This document shows positions 32,990 through 44,427 of a DNA stretch of 64,000 nucleotides, piece after piece. Location of the stretch: assembly GCA_024346625.1 (NCBI GenBank), contig AP024664.1, positions 3,720,001-3,784,000 on the forward strand, read 5' to 3'. Under the pieces are notes generated by a model. That model was given only the letters and a program-made list of their open reading frames with translations, was not told where the DNA came from and made no database searches. Positions within the stretch are counted from its first letter, which is position 1, and each line of letters starts with the position of its first letter. The DNA is from Williopsis jadinii (lineage: Eukaryota). A program made the translations under genes and the position numbers.

Positions 32990-33290
32990 TTTCCTTCTAT
33001 CTGGTTGATTGATTTGATCTTTTTATTCTGGATTGATTTCACGTCTGTCCAATAGCCACTGTTTCGCTGGTGCATATCTACTGCCAATTCTGAGAATTGA
33101 ATACTCAAAGAATAGTTCAGCTCATATTTGATTGTTGTTACTGGTACCATTGGGACCAAATAAATGTATACTTCACGGTCACGCACAAACGAGAAGGATT
33201 CTCGTATTTTGTATTGATGTTCAGGGTACATCCTGTCATCGTAATGTGTTGGTTATGTTAAGATTATAGATGTAACGCTATCGTTTTTAG

Positions 33291-34249
33291 TCAACATTCA
33301 GAATTTTTACGCTTCAACCCCCTTGGAACATTTTCAGAATCACTTAGATCTAAAGGTTCACTAGCGTCTGATTCCATCTCCTCCTCCAATCCGTCTCTTT
33401 GGGCCTCTGTATAGTACAGAACAGCACTTGGGAAGATATCATCTGCAAACAATCTTGCAAAATCGTCACCGTTGGGGAATTCCTTACCTGGTTTTCTCCC
33501 AGTCCAACGGAACCAACCAAAGAAGGATTTCATACCTGCTCTATAGTTCTTCTTCCCTAGTGTTGTCTTCTTATCAACAACTTTTGAAGGGTTAATTGAA
33601 TCGTAAGACTTTGGCCAGATAATCTCAGTGTTCGTGGAAACAAGTCTTTCCGTCTCTTCGGGCATCTGACCATCTTCATCATCGCTAAGGCTACCTTTCT
33701 TTCTCTTCTGCTCTAGTATTTGTAACTCTTCAGGGTCAATCACCTCCTTCTGGAATCTCTTTGTAACTGTCTGGGCTGGGAAGTCGCCATCTTCACTCTG
33801 CTCAAATTCAAAAGTTATACTAAACGTTGTTGGATCAACTGATTCGTCAGTAGAGGTGGATGCATCCCAGGAAACATAGATGTCCTTGATCAATTCCAGG
33901 TATTTGAAGTCCTGTGCCCTAACGTAGTCGGCAAACTCTGGATGCTGTGAGAGCACAATGTGCCAGAACTTGTCAATTGCTCTTGTATACTCCCGTCTCT
34001 TCTCGTAGATCTTGGACACTTTCTTGAGACGTGTGATCTCTATCGGTAGACAGTTAGCTATGCGAATGCTCATATTCTCATATAGTTGTGTGAAACTCAC
34101 CGATGGCTCTTTCAGTATCTTCGAGTTCCTGTTCAACCTTTGCAAGGCCCCTGAGGGCCTTCTCAACAACCACACTGGCATCCTGTTAGTACAATTGACT
34201 TCACATATCACCGGCAGCGGACTCACGTATCCTCACTGTTCTCAGCCAT
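33291..34249 (-). CDS. VPS75: NAP-family histone chaperone Vps75; 3 exons (34249-34227, 34174-34101, 34039-33291)
   Basis: Two GTGAGT...CTAAC...YAG introns give MAENSEDTVVVEKALRGLAKVEQELEDTERAIEITRLKK; FWHIVLSQHPEF, YRAGMKSFFGWFRWTG, GKEFPNG. Confidence 0.93.
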
Positions 34250-34447
34250 TGCGTTGTCCGAGTTGGTGAGCTCTTTTGGTTATGTCTCATCGGTGCGTTC
34301 CCTCCGTATAAATTTTTCTTTCCATGCTTGTTCGCAGGGAATTCGGCTACAGCGATGAGCTACATGAAGCAATGATGAGCTCTATACGACAGTTTATGGG
34401 ATGCTATTACCAATTAACAACGCAAATAATCTCTATGTATACAACTA

Positions 34448-35689
34448 TCATGTCTTTCTACCTCTTCTTGTCATCTGTGGCATCTTGAAAGGAACCTTGA
34501 GGGAAGCAATCTTGTACGAAGAGGCTGCAGCCTTAGGGATACCAAACGCTTCAGCTTCAGCGACAGTGGCATTTTTAACAACGGCACCTAGAGCCTTGAA
34601 CAGCCCAACCAGCCTTGAAGGTTTGAGCGAGAGTTCTTGTGCCAATGGCGTAACTTCGATAAGGAATCCGTTGATGTGGAAGATGGTGGCCAAGAGATAA
34701 CACAACAGCTTATCCTCGTGGTGTGGATCAATGGTGAAGCCTCTATCCTTGGAACGTCCGAATTGACCAGGTCTGGAGATCGCAAACTTCTCCAAGATAC
34801 CATCCATGAGCACCTCTGGTGGGTTGTTCAACTGTGATGAAAGAGCATTCTTGTTTGAAATACGTCTGTTCTGGTACACACCCATGAGGAGAGAAGCGTA
34901 GTAGATGAGCTGCAATTTTTGCATCTGTGATTCATCGCTGATGGTGGAGAGCTGTGCCTTGAGGAATGGTGATTCTTGATATGGTAAGAGTTCCAATCTC
35001 TCTTTGAGTTCCTTCTCCTTGAGTATAGGACCGGCACGGATGAATTGTAGCTCTCTCTTGGTGATGATATTCTCCACCGGGTAGATATCCTCCACAGATC
35101 TTGCGTCGACATTAGCAAGTGGCGTTGGTCTATCGTCCAACACAGTTTGATCGAGCTCCTTTCTGGTTGGCAATGAGACGGTACTCGTCTTGACAGAGTC
35201 GATGATATCAGCTTGAGAATCTGCGAGCTTCTCCGCGTCAATACGGTTTCTCTCCAGGTCAGAGATGGCCTTCTTGGCCTTCTTGGTACCAAAAGCTTCA
35301 CCAAGAGCGTTTCTTTGGACGTTGAAACGCACATTGGTCTGTCTAACCTTAGGCCCTTTGATGCTCTTATGCGCCTTTGAAGTGATAGTGCCCAGGAGAA
35401 CAGGAGCCTTGTACAATTCAACAGACTTCTTCACAGGATCGTACACCGCGATAGCATATTCGCTGGAGTCGCTGGCATCGTTCGATGGCTCGCCATCGTA
35501 TTCCAACCGCTCATTCTCACCGTGGAATATCACACCTTGGCTCTTCTTGTTCTTGTAGAGATCGAATTTGGCATCAGCAGGGACAGTAAACCCGTTGAAA
35601 AAAGTGCCCACAGCTAGCGATTGAGCATCGTTATACTCTGACACCTCGAGATCAACGTGCTCGTCTCTTTTTCTCTTCTCTTGTACCAT
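34448..35689 (-). CDS. RPA49: RNA polymerase I subunit A49
   Basis: GTFFNGF, RNALGEAFGTKKAKKAI, IDPHHEDKLLCY, YKIASLKVPF; first ATG at 35689. Confidence 0.95.
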   Translation of the reverse strand: MVQEKRKRDEHVDLEVSEYNDAQSLAVGTFFNGFTVPADAKFDLYKNKKSQGVIFHGENERLEYDGEPSNDASDSSEYAIAVYDPVKKSVELYKAPVLLGTITSKAHKSIKGPKVRQTNVRFNVQRNALGEAFGTKKAKKAISDLERNRIDAEKLADSQADIIDSVKTSTVSLPTRKELDQTVLDDRPTPLANVDARSVEDIYPVENIITKRELQFIRAGPILKEKELKERLELLPYQESPFLKAQLSTISDESQMQKLQLIYYASLLMGVYQNRRISNKNALSSQLNNPPEVLMDGILEKFAISRPGQFGRSKDRGFTIDPHHEDKLLCYLLATIFHINGFLIEVTPLAQELSLKPSRLVGLFKALGAVVKNATVAEAEAFGIPKAAASSYKIASLKVPFKMPQMTRRGRKT

Positions 35690-35762
35690 TTTTAAAGGTA
35701 TTCTACCACCCAAAACAGAAGTTATGTTCTTTTCTATGAAAAGCGGAAAGTTTTGAGCAGAC

Positions 35763-35783
35763 AAATTTTTTTTACGCGATGAG
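35763..35783. promoter_or_regulatory. RRPE-like T-tract and PAC element (ribosome-biogenesis promoter) upstream of RPA49
   Basis: aaatttttttt followed by GCGATGAG at 35776-35783. Confidence 0.6.
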
Positions 35784-35915
35784 GGTCGGAATTGACAACC
35801 AGAAAAAAAATGGCCTCGGAATTGACACAGATAGCCTTCTTCTCTTCAACATTGATGATGGTGAGTATCTGGCTCGCTTTCCTCAGCGTGGAACCCGTTA
35901 GACGAGCTCGTAGTG

Positions 35916-36419
35916 ATGGAGCACCTTACGAAGAAGTCGTACTATGAGCTGCTCGGCGTTGAGCCCAGTGCGACGCTGGCTGAGATCAAAAAGGCGTATA
36001 AAGAGAGACTGCTTAATAGCCATCCGGACAAGACGCTGAGGACGACCAGTGATAACATCGTTGTGGAGCTGAAGACGGCGTATAGCGTGCTGTGTAATGC
36101 CGAAGCCAGGCGAGAGTACGACGATGAGGTACAGCAGAGGTTCCAGAAAAATGGTCTTATAAGCTCTGGCGAAGGGCTTGATGTTGTCACCTTGGACGAT
36201 TTTGTATGCGATGTTGAGGCCGAGGGTGAGGACTCAATAGCAACGTTCAGGAAGGACTGTCCCAGATGTACTGCTCAGGACGGGTTTGTGCTGACTGACA
36301 ATGACCTCGAAGACAATGGCACGCCCGATGGGATGGGTGGATACGAGATCATCCTCCAGTGCAGCGCATGTAGCCTATGGCTCAAAGTTCAATATTACGA
36401 AGACGGGGAGGAGGAATAA
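35916..36419 (+). CDS. JJJ3: J-domain/CSL zinc-finger diphthamide biosynthesis protein
   Basis: SYYELLGV...HPDK J-domain; DCPRC and QCSACSLWLKV zinc finger. Confidence 0.92.
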   Translation: MEHLTKKSYYELLGVEPSATLAEIKKAYKERLLNSHPDKTLRTTSDNIVVELKTAYSVLCNAEARREYDDEVQQRFQKNGLISSGEGLDVVTLDDFVCDVEAEGEDSIATFRKDCPRCTAQDGFVLTDNDLEDNGTPDGMGGYEIILQCSACSLWLKVQYYEDGEEE

Positions 36420-36509
36420 CACGTTTAATAGACAGTGATCGTTAGAAATGAGGCCCAGGTGTGTCCAGATACTATGTACAATGCTTTATAGACCGACTCT
36501 ATGCTTCTA

Positions 36510-38357
36510 TTAGGTGGATGCCCTCACGTGTTCTTCAGCAAGAACAGCGCTGAGGGCCTCAGCCATGACCGGGAAGTCCGTCATCAGAGAGATGTGACCC
36601 AGTGGAGACGCCAGCTTAGCAACGACGGGGAAATCACGACGCTCTGGCATGAGCCATTTATGGTGGACAACACCATCACCTGGTCCGTAGTAGAAATCGT
36701 CGTAGTCTCCTTCGACGATTCCCTGTGGACCATCCACACGACACCCTCTGACTGTTGGAACCTCATTACCGTAAACTATAGCCAAAGGTGGATAATTCTT
36801 TGTCTCATCGTAAGCCAGTTCGTCCAAGAACTTCCTTGTGCGCTTCAAAGTTCTCTTGAGATACTCAAATGAGTCTTCAAATGACGTTTGATACGTCTCA
36901 GGCTCTGACCTCGACAGAGAAAGAGATCTCTTCATCTCACTGATCTCAAATATTGGAGACATTGGCGTCCTTGGACGCACGTTTTGATCATCCTTCGTGG
37001 CCTTTGTCTCTTCTTCCTTCTTACGGTCTCTGCCAACGAGAGGCGAGAGGTTATAATCAACCCATGACTGCGGATCAAAGTAGTCCAAATTGTAATGCTT
37101 GTGGGTCTTGCGATCGACGAAACAACGTCCATCTTGTGGGAGGAATACAAAACTTGATCTCATAAAGAAGTTGGCCTCAGCAGTGAGGATCTTTGAACTG
37201 AACAAAACGCTATCACCAAACCGTATTGGGCCCAGGATATTTGGACACATCGCAGGAACACCAACGTAGATCAAACCTCTGAACAATGATGGATCTTTTT
37301 GCATTGCATGGTGAGCTATGAGACCACCCATTGAATGTGCAATGACTATAGCACCTTTCCTCTTGCCGTCACTCCCAGGTTTATTACAATCCAACCCCTT
37401 TAAGAATTCATACAGCTGCTCAGAGCTTATATCAGAGGATAGTCTCCAATCATAGCCAAAGGTATGAACCTTGGTTTTACCATTGGTCAGTTTGGCCTTC
37501 AGCTTCCTTGAGATGTCCACTGGACCAACATGTGTCATCATATCATCCGAGTAGATCTCCTCCTGAGCCTTAGCCTCATCCTCGTCTGTTGGTCCAATCA
37601 ACAAGTTTATCTTTCTAATGTTGAAACCTGCACGCAAGGGAATCCACACCCTCTTGTTGGTCTTTCTATCCCGTAGAATGCTTCCTCTGTATCCACCAAG
37701 AATCACAACTTCGCCTTCGATGTCGTCCCAAACGGACGATTCCAGCTTCTTCTTCTCCTCGCCTGGCAATGATAAGTTAACAGATGGCGTCAGCGCCCTC
37801 TTCATGGCTCTAAACCTGGAGCTGTCGATTCCATGGCTGTTCTTGTACAGATACGCCTCCTCCTCCGTGGAGACAGAGATCTGTCTCTTCAGCTTGTTTT
37901 TGATCTCCTCTCTCGTTAGCATCGCATCCAGCGGGTAGTCGTCAGCATCGTTATTCCCAATTATCGGCAGCGAGCCCTTGAGGTTCTTTATCGAGGGCAG
38001 ATGCGATAGTGGGTTTCCTCCAAACGGCAGGCTGAAGTTGAACACCTTGTGCTCGTTCTTGAACGACTTGTTATCCAAGTCCTCGGAGGTGATCTCCTGT
38101 CCAGTGTGGTTGATCTCGTACTGCTCATCATCCGACGCTGACTGCTCTCCTTCCGGCTCGCCATGGGCCACTGCGGAGCCACCAATAATCGACGACGCGG
38201 TCTTCAGGCTCACACTGCTCTCCTGGTCGTCGTCAGCGTCGGGGACGAACTTCTGTTCGCTCCCCATGGAGAGCTGATCGAAGTTCTCTGACAGATCATC
38301 GCTGCCGTCCATGGCGGCCTTCATATCTTCCAGCCTGTGGCTTCTGGTGACACCCAT
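36510..38357 (-). CDS. Alpha/beta hydrolase (LCAT/lipase-like, YJR098C-like)
   Basis: VVILGGYRGSILRD, FGYDWRLS, AHSMGG nucleophile elbow, GDGVV, GHISLM; adjacent to JJJ3 as YJR098C is in S. cerevisiae. Confidence 0.85.
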   Translation of the reverse strand: MGVTRSHRLEDMKAAMDGSDDLSENFDQLSMGSEQKFVPDADDDQESSVSLKTASSIIGGSAVAHGEPEGEQSASDDEQYEINHTGQEITSEDLDNKSFKNEHKVFNFSLPFGGNPLSHLPSIKNLKGSLPIIGNNDADDYPLDAMLTREEIKNKLKRQISVSTEEEAYLYKNSHGIDSSRFRAMKRALTPSVNLSLPGEEKKKLESSVWDDIEGEVVILGGYRGSILRDRKTNKRVWIPLRAGFNIRKINLLIGPTDEDEAKAQEEIYSDDMMTHVGPVDISRKLKAKLTNGKTKVHTFGYDWRLSSDISSEQLYEFLKGLDCNKPGSDGKRKGAIVIAHSMGGLIAHHAMQKDPSLFRGLIYVGVPAMCPNILGPIRFGDSVLFSSKILTAEANFFMRSSFVFLPQDGRCFVDRKTHKHYNLDYFDPQSWVDYNLSPLVGRDRKKEEETKATKDDQNVRPRTPMSPIFEISEMKRSLSLSRSEPETYQTSFEDSFEYLKRTLKRTRKFLDELAYDETKNYPPLAIVYGNEVPTVRGCRVDGPQGIVEGDYDDFYYGPGDGVVHHKWLMPERRDFPVVAKLASPLGHISLMTDFPVMAEALSAVLAEEHVRAST

Positions 38358-38374
38358 TTCACGCGTATTCGAGC

Positions 38375-38430
38375 ACTGGCAACACTGGCAACAGGCAATA
38401 GGCAACAGGCAACAGGTAACACTGGCAACA
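38375..38430. repeat. GGCAACA-based short tandem repeat in a divergent promoter
   Basis: cactggcaacactggcaacaggcaataggcaacaggcaacaggtaacactggcaacag. Confidence 0.75.
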
Positions 38431-38715
38431 GCCTCAACACGACGGAACTATCACCAACAACCGTGGCAAACCTGGTCCACGTCCCATTGCGGAAGAGAAG
38501 GTGATGGCCTCTGCGCCTGTGCGAGCGGTTGCGGATCTGCTGCAACGTCCCCGGGCCAAAACGCCCGCCCGCACCCGCACCCGCGATCCGAGGGAGTGGT
38601 GTCCGGGTGTTTTGCATGTGCTTCCCGGGCAGGGCAGGAGCGCGCCTTTGGGACAACGGCAGTTAGTGCGATGAGCACAAGGGCGTTCTTCACAGCGTGG
38701 TGGGCCACATTGGCT

Positions 38716-40371
38716 ATGGAGGAAGCTCTGTTCTGTGGTGTTGATGTTGGCTCCAGCTCTGTGCGTGTGCAGCTGATTGACTCTGCCGGGAGGAGCCTGT
38801 ACTCGACGAGCTGTGCCGTTGCGTACCGCGTGTGTGCTTCAGACCCGCGGTTTGTTACGCAGAGCTCTGAAGAGGTTTGGAAGGGCGTGATGCGATGCCT
38901 TGACGGCGCCAACATTGTTGATTCGGAAGCGAGTGTGTCGATATGTGTTAGTGCGACGTGCTCGCTGGTTGTGAAGGAGCGTGTGGGTGGGGAGTTGAGG
39001 CCGTACTCGTGTGCGAAGGACTCAGCTGACGCGGACCAGGACGTGGTGTTCTGGATGGACACCAGGTCTGAGGCAGAAACGATGGAGATGAACGAGACTC
39101 TGAGAGATGATGGCTGTTTGAAGTATCTTGGTGGTGCATTTGCCCAGGAAATGGCGTTGACCAAGGCCAAGTACGTGGTTGACCGTATTGCAAATGATCG
39201 ACTGGACAGCGTCGTCTTCTTTGATCTACACGATTACCTATCGCTAAAGATCTCTGAACTGTTCCACTGTGAACCACTGGTGATGGTGCCGGACAGTTCT
39301 CAGGTGCTTACACCAAGCGTTGGCCTGGATGGCGAACTGAAGGGCTGGTCCTCTGAGGTTCTGAAGTCCATAGGACTGGGGTGTCTTGCTAGGGATAACT
39401 TCAGTCAGATAGGTAAAGTGTTCAAAGTAGGCCAGGCTTTGGATTATGACTATATCCCCACAGCTGGCACACCAATTGCAAGGAGTTCGACAAAGACCGT
39501 GGTGCAAGGCGTGATTGATTCTTATGGAAGCTGGATTGGCTCATGCTGTGGTAATATGAAGAATACATTGACGCTAGTTGCTGGTACATCGACCTGTTTT
39601 ATGATTTCTCACTCAATGAAGGCCCCTACAGATGGAATATGGGGACCTTTCAACGTGGTCTTGAAATCGTTATCGGTGTCAACAGGTGGCTTCCCAACCA
39701 CTGGCAAGCTGATAGAGCATCTCTTTGAAACGCATCCTGCTTATGATGAATTGAAAAAACTGGGCAATCCATTTGACACGTTGGAATCGTTGATATCTAC
39801 AGAAGAAGACAGGACAGGACAGAGTATTCATTACTCGACGAAGAATATGTTCCTGTACGGTGAGCTGTCGGGAAACAGAACACCATATGGTGATTCTGCA
39901 ATGAGAGGTGTGTTCTTTGGCGAATCAACAGACGTGTCTCTCAGAGACATGATGCTCAAATACGTTTGTATACTGGAGTTTCTTGCATTCCAAGTTAAAC
40001 AGCTCTTAAGTATTACTGGAGAATTTGAGATATCGAGAATCTTGATCTGCGGGAGTCAAGCCAAGAATAAGAGACTTATAGAGTTGCTTGCATTCATAAC
40101 AGGTCTTCCAGTCGACGTTAATGATTCTATTGATCCACATCTATCAGGAACAAGAGGTGCTGCATACTTGGCCTATTCAGGTGCGAGTGGACTAGATCTC
40201 TTAGAGGTGATTAGACGGTTATCTCCTGATGAAGCGAAAAGGTCTACAAGTAACACAGCAGACACCAGGCTACGTTCATTACTTGATACAAAGTATGAGA
40301 TAACTATGGATATAGCAAAACAGCAGATAAGATATAGACAGATGGTTCAATTGGCATGTGCTTCAAACTGA
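38716..40371 (+). CDS. MPA43: FGGY-family carbohydrate kinase-like protein
   Basis: GVDVGSSSVR, VSATCSL, FWMDTRS, AGTSTC, GIWGPF, GNRTPYGD, ICGSQAKN; syntenic with RAD50; start at ATG 38716. Confidence 0.88.
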   Translation: MEEALFCGVDVGSSSVRVQLIDSAGRSLYSTSCAVAYRVCASDPRFVTQSSEEVWKGVMRCLDGANIVDSEASVSICVSATCSLVVKERVGGELRPYSCAKDSADADQDVVFWMDTRSEAETMEMNETLRDDGCLKYLGGAFAQEMALTKAKYVVDRIANDRLDSVVFFDLHDYLSLKISELFHCEPLVMVPDSSQVLTPSVGLDGELKGWSSEVLKSIGLGCLARDNFSQIGKVFKVGQALDYDYIPTAGTPIARSSTKTVVQGVIDSYGSWIGSCCGNMKNTLTLVAGTSTCFMISHSMKAPTDGIWGPFNVVLKSLSVSTGGFPTTGKLIEHLFETHPAYDELKKLGNPFDTLESLISTEEDRTGQSIHYSTKNMFLYGELSGNRTPYGDSAMRGVFFGESTDVSLRDMMLKYVCILEFLAFQVKQLLSITGEFEISRILICGSQAKNKRLIELLAFITGLPVDVNDSIDPHLSGTRGAAYLAYSGASGLDLLEVIRRLSPDEAKRSTSNTADTRLRSLLDTKYEITMDIAKQQIRYRQMVQLACASN

Positions 40372-43300
40372 AACTTTGCTAATGTCCACTAGTTCAATAC
40401 GAGAATTTTGACTTTCGTCTCTTTTCAACTGGAAGAAATGATCGGCATATTTCCCAGCACCCATACTATGGAGAAACTTTTCATCGTGTGTAATGACAAT
40501 CAATTGGAAGTTCTTCTGGCTTCTTCTCATCTCGATGATACGTCCGAGGGAGTGGGCAAGTGACTCTATATTATCAGAATCCAAATTGGTGGTAGGTTCA
40601 TCAAGTGCAATGACACCACAGTTTGTTCCAAAGCATTCACTTAAAGCCAGTCTGATTATAATGCATGCTAAAACCTTCTGCCCTGCTGAACAGCGCCCTC
40701 TCATATCAAGTTCTGCGTCCTGTTTATACATCACAACACGGTAATTGTAGGATCTGTTAGCTTTACCCGTACTAGGATCACTTTTGATCTTAATGGTGTC
40801 CACATCGGTTCCACTATAGGTGGACTTCCAGAGTTCATCAATGATTCTATTAATTTCTTTCATCTTCAAAGAATGGAAACTCATTATAGCACTATCCAGT
40901 GCCTTAGCATAGGTATCTAGATCAGCAGAGACAACCGTTCTTGTTTGAAGTTTAGTCCACTCTTGCCTGTAATTCTTTTCAACATCCTTGAATTCGGTAT
41001 TCAATTCACGCTGTAGCTGTTCAATCTGATCATTGATTTGTCTGATTTCACCCTTCTTACCAGCCAGCTCCGCCGTTAAATCTGTATACCTCTGTCTCAG
41101 CTTATTGGAACGTTGCTGATACTTCTCCCTCTCTGCTTCAGCATTTTGGAGTTCGAGTTCCCTTATCTCACCAGAGATATAAACCAACTTCTCCTCAAGC
41201 TGACGAATCTCGAGGTTCTCGCGGAGATTTCTTTCTTCGCTATTTGTATCGGCAAGTCTCAGCTCTTCGTTACTAATCAGCTGGGTCAAGTTACCCAATT
41301 GTAACTCTTTGTCAGCAATGTTGGTCTCAACCTCCCTCACAGACTCACGAATAGCCTCCAATTCCACTTGAACGTGATTGATATATTCATATGCACTCTT
41401 ATTAAGATGCTCCAGCTTGTTGTAGTACCCTAGTGATTTTTCATGTTCAAGATTCAACTCATTGATAACCTCTCTGTGTTTGGAACGAAGAGAATCAAGT
41501 TCATCTTGTACGATGGAAGCTTCTTCTCTTAGTTGAATCAATAGGTTATCAGATTTCACAATTGATTGGGAGAGATAGTCCATCTTCTTCTCGAGGTCTT
41601 GAACAGATCTAACTAGATTTTTTCTTTCAACAAGGGATCTTTCAAGATTGCTGATGACTAGTCTTTTATCCTTGATGGTTCCTTCTAAAACTGAAAACTC
41701 CCTTTGCTTACTTTCTTTTTCTTCTTGCATGAAGGCGACTTCTCTTCTAAGCGATCTGATTTTTGAGGTGAGTTCATGGTGTGACTTTTGTAGGTCATCT
41801 AAGCTTTGGAGTGGAGTACCATAGTTCCCAAGTGCTTTTACTTTCATATCAAGCTCTTGTTTTGCAGTCTCAATGTCACTTTTCAACCTGGTGATCTCGT
41901 TCACCGGGTTTCTCAATGCTTCCATGCTTGAAATACTAGCTCCAAGTTGATCAGTGGTGATCTTTTGCTTATTATACGAGTCTTCAAGATGATGTAATTT
42001 CTCATTTGCGCTATCAAGCTGAGCCTTTATCTCAGCCAAGGATTTCTTGCCTGTATTTATCTTCTCGACATCCGTTGCAACACTTCTGACGGCTTCCAAG
42101 TACTGCTTTGCATCCTCGAATTGTTCTTTCAGCTTTGCTTCAAATTCATCACGGGTTTTACGTTTCAGATCCTCTATGAATTCACCAAGAAGATTATTGT
42201 CCTTGAACTTTCTCGAGCAGAGATAACAACAGCTTGAGCTTTCCGCAACTTCAAGGGCTTTTTTGTTGAATTCCAAAGTTGTTGTTCCCATTTTCAGATT
42301 CTCCAGTGTCAGTTTATAGTCAGCTTCCGCATTCATCACCACTTCATCATATTTGTCGACAGCTTCACCATCATCAAGTTCTGCTTTGAAATGTGCTTCA
42401 GAGGAGGCAGTCAACCCTTCGATATCATTCAGACTATCATTTTTGTATTTTATCATGTTCTTCAAGTTGTGAACTTCTTCATGAAGTGCTTTCAAATTTC
42501 GATCTTCTTCAATATGAGACATTTTCAACTTTTGCATCTTCCGGTTGAACGACTCTTGTGGTGATGAAATGTCAATATTATGAGCAGCGAAGGGCTCTTT
42601 ATTTGCATTAAGAAGCTTCTCAAGGGCCTTTTGTTTGAACTTGAGACCATCCGTTATTATAGAGATTTTTGCATGTGAATCAGATTGTTTATGTGCATTG
42701 GATATATTACGAGATATCTCTTCAATGTCTGCCTCCATGGTGTTGATTTCTTGATTCTTCAATTTGATGTTTTGGACGGCCTTTTCTAGATACTTATTGT
42801 CCGTGAAAGTCTTCAATTTCACAATGAGATCTTCTAAAGAAGACTTTTCATATTCTAAGTCACCCTCATTGGAGTTAAGTTCATTGATCGTGGATTGTAT
42901 TGACTTTATCTCCATCTGTAAGTTGTTACGATCCGTGACAGAGTATTGTTTATGCTCAGCTTCTTTGACCTGTGAACCTTTGATCTTTGCCAAGCGTGAT
43001 TCAACGACAGCTAACTCATCAGATGAGGTCTTTTCATATTGTTCGAGAGCCTTCTTCTTCTCCTCAAGAGAAAGTTGTAACGTACGCTGCCACTCTGCGA
43101 ATCTTGACTCTGAGAGCTCCTCGGCTTGTGGGCCAAAGATTTCTGACACGAGTCCCCTACGCAGATCCATATCTTCTTTCAATTTGGTTTCTTTGGCCCT
43201 GAGCTCACCTTCACTTCCAATGAAGCTGTTTTGTTGTTGTCTGAGCACAGTCAACTCCTTTTGAATCGACTTACTTTGGTGCTTATGCACATCCAACTCT

Positions 43301-44427
43301 TTCGATGACTTATCCAGCATCCTCTGGAAGTTTGCCAGCTTATATTTAATATCATCATTCGAGTCTGGAAGAAGTTCGCATGATCCATGGAGACGTTCTA
43401 ATTGTGCTTCTATAGAACGTTGATCATGTCGCAAGCTGTCCAGCTTCGAAATGGTTTCTTGAAACTCCTGATTGGACTTGAATAGCACATCAGATTCTCG
43501 TTGGACCTCTGCAATATCAGATTCCAGCTTTGAGGTTTCGTTCTCATAGATATCAACTGTGGATTTCTTCTTTTCCAAACGAGATACTGTTCTGTCTGCT
43601 CTTTCCTTATCCTGTTTCAAGTGCTTGACAGATTGATCGAGCAACTTGATATCAACAATCATATCTTTCTTGATACTCTTCAAATTGTCAAGTGCTTTGG
43701 TGAACTTGAGTGCCTCAAATATCTCATCAAACTTCTTCTTTAAGTTAGCTGGCTCTGACAAGGGCCATAGACTGTCCTCTTGGTGACAGAAAATGACATA
43801 GTCAAGAATTGGACGTGGTGTTCCCAGATTCGCTGGAACCAGAGCTTCCAGCTCAGCACACTTGGTACTAATCGTGGTTCTCTCACCCCTGTTCAACTGT
43901 AAAAGTTGACCTTCCAACGATTTGAACGTAAGCCCTGTCTTTTTAGCAATCACCTGCATAGCTCTTGTACACACCATTGAGTTCCCCGAGACGCTTTGGA
44001 AGGCCAACTTCACCTCTGCTTTCACTTCCTTCTCACCATACATTCCAGGATCATGTACAAAGGCTCCACCTTTACTATTCGGAGGGAACGCACCTGTAGT
44101 GGCGTACCGCAAGCATTCGATGATGGTCTTCACGATGTGATCTGTTAGCATGAAACAAACAACTTCCTATGTCAATAATGCCCAGAAGAGACTCACTGTT
44201 TTACCTGTACCATTAGGACCGACGATCAGCGTCAATGGCTTACCAAACTCAATGACTTCAGACTCTCTGGAGTCAAACGATCTTACACCGCAGATCGAAA
44301 GCTAGTGTGCTATGTTAGACATGGTTGTATCAAGAGAATAAACAGCACCACATACTTTATAGATAGAAGACCTGGGATGCCAGTAGTTAGTATGGAGCCT
44401 CCAACGCTGGATCACCTCAACTTACAT
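40363..44427 (-). CDS. RAD50: DNA repair ATPase Rad50; 4 exons (44427-44426, 44371-44356, 44301-44197, 44127-40363)
   Basis: Spliced N-terminus [17 protein letters not shown]...[17 protein letters not shown]; zinc hook [14 protein letters not shown] signature; [17 protein letters not shown]. Confidence 0.97.

Noticed and set aside
32788..33231. Minus-strand 147-aa ORF starting MYPEH, echoing HEMYPEH in the RNase III gene (14/15-nt match)
   Set aside because: The similarity does not extend convincingly and the ORF overlaps the HMG gene antisense; treated as chance.
13340..33290. Active flip/flop mating-type switching cassette
   Set aside because: No second MAT allele, duplicated SLA2/DIC1 fragment or long inverted repeat was visible; the best junction match was only ~10 bp of AT-rich sequence.
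38311..38715. 135-aa N-terminal extension of the FGGY kinase ORF
   Set aside because: It overlaps the divergent hydrolase start and a GC-rich promoter/repeat; homology begins at ATG 38716.
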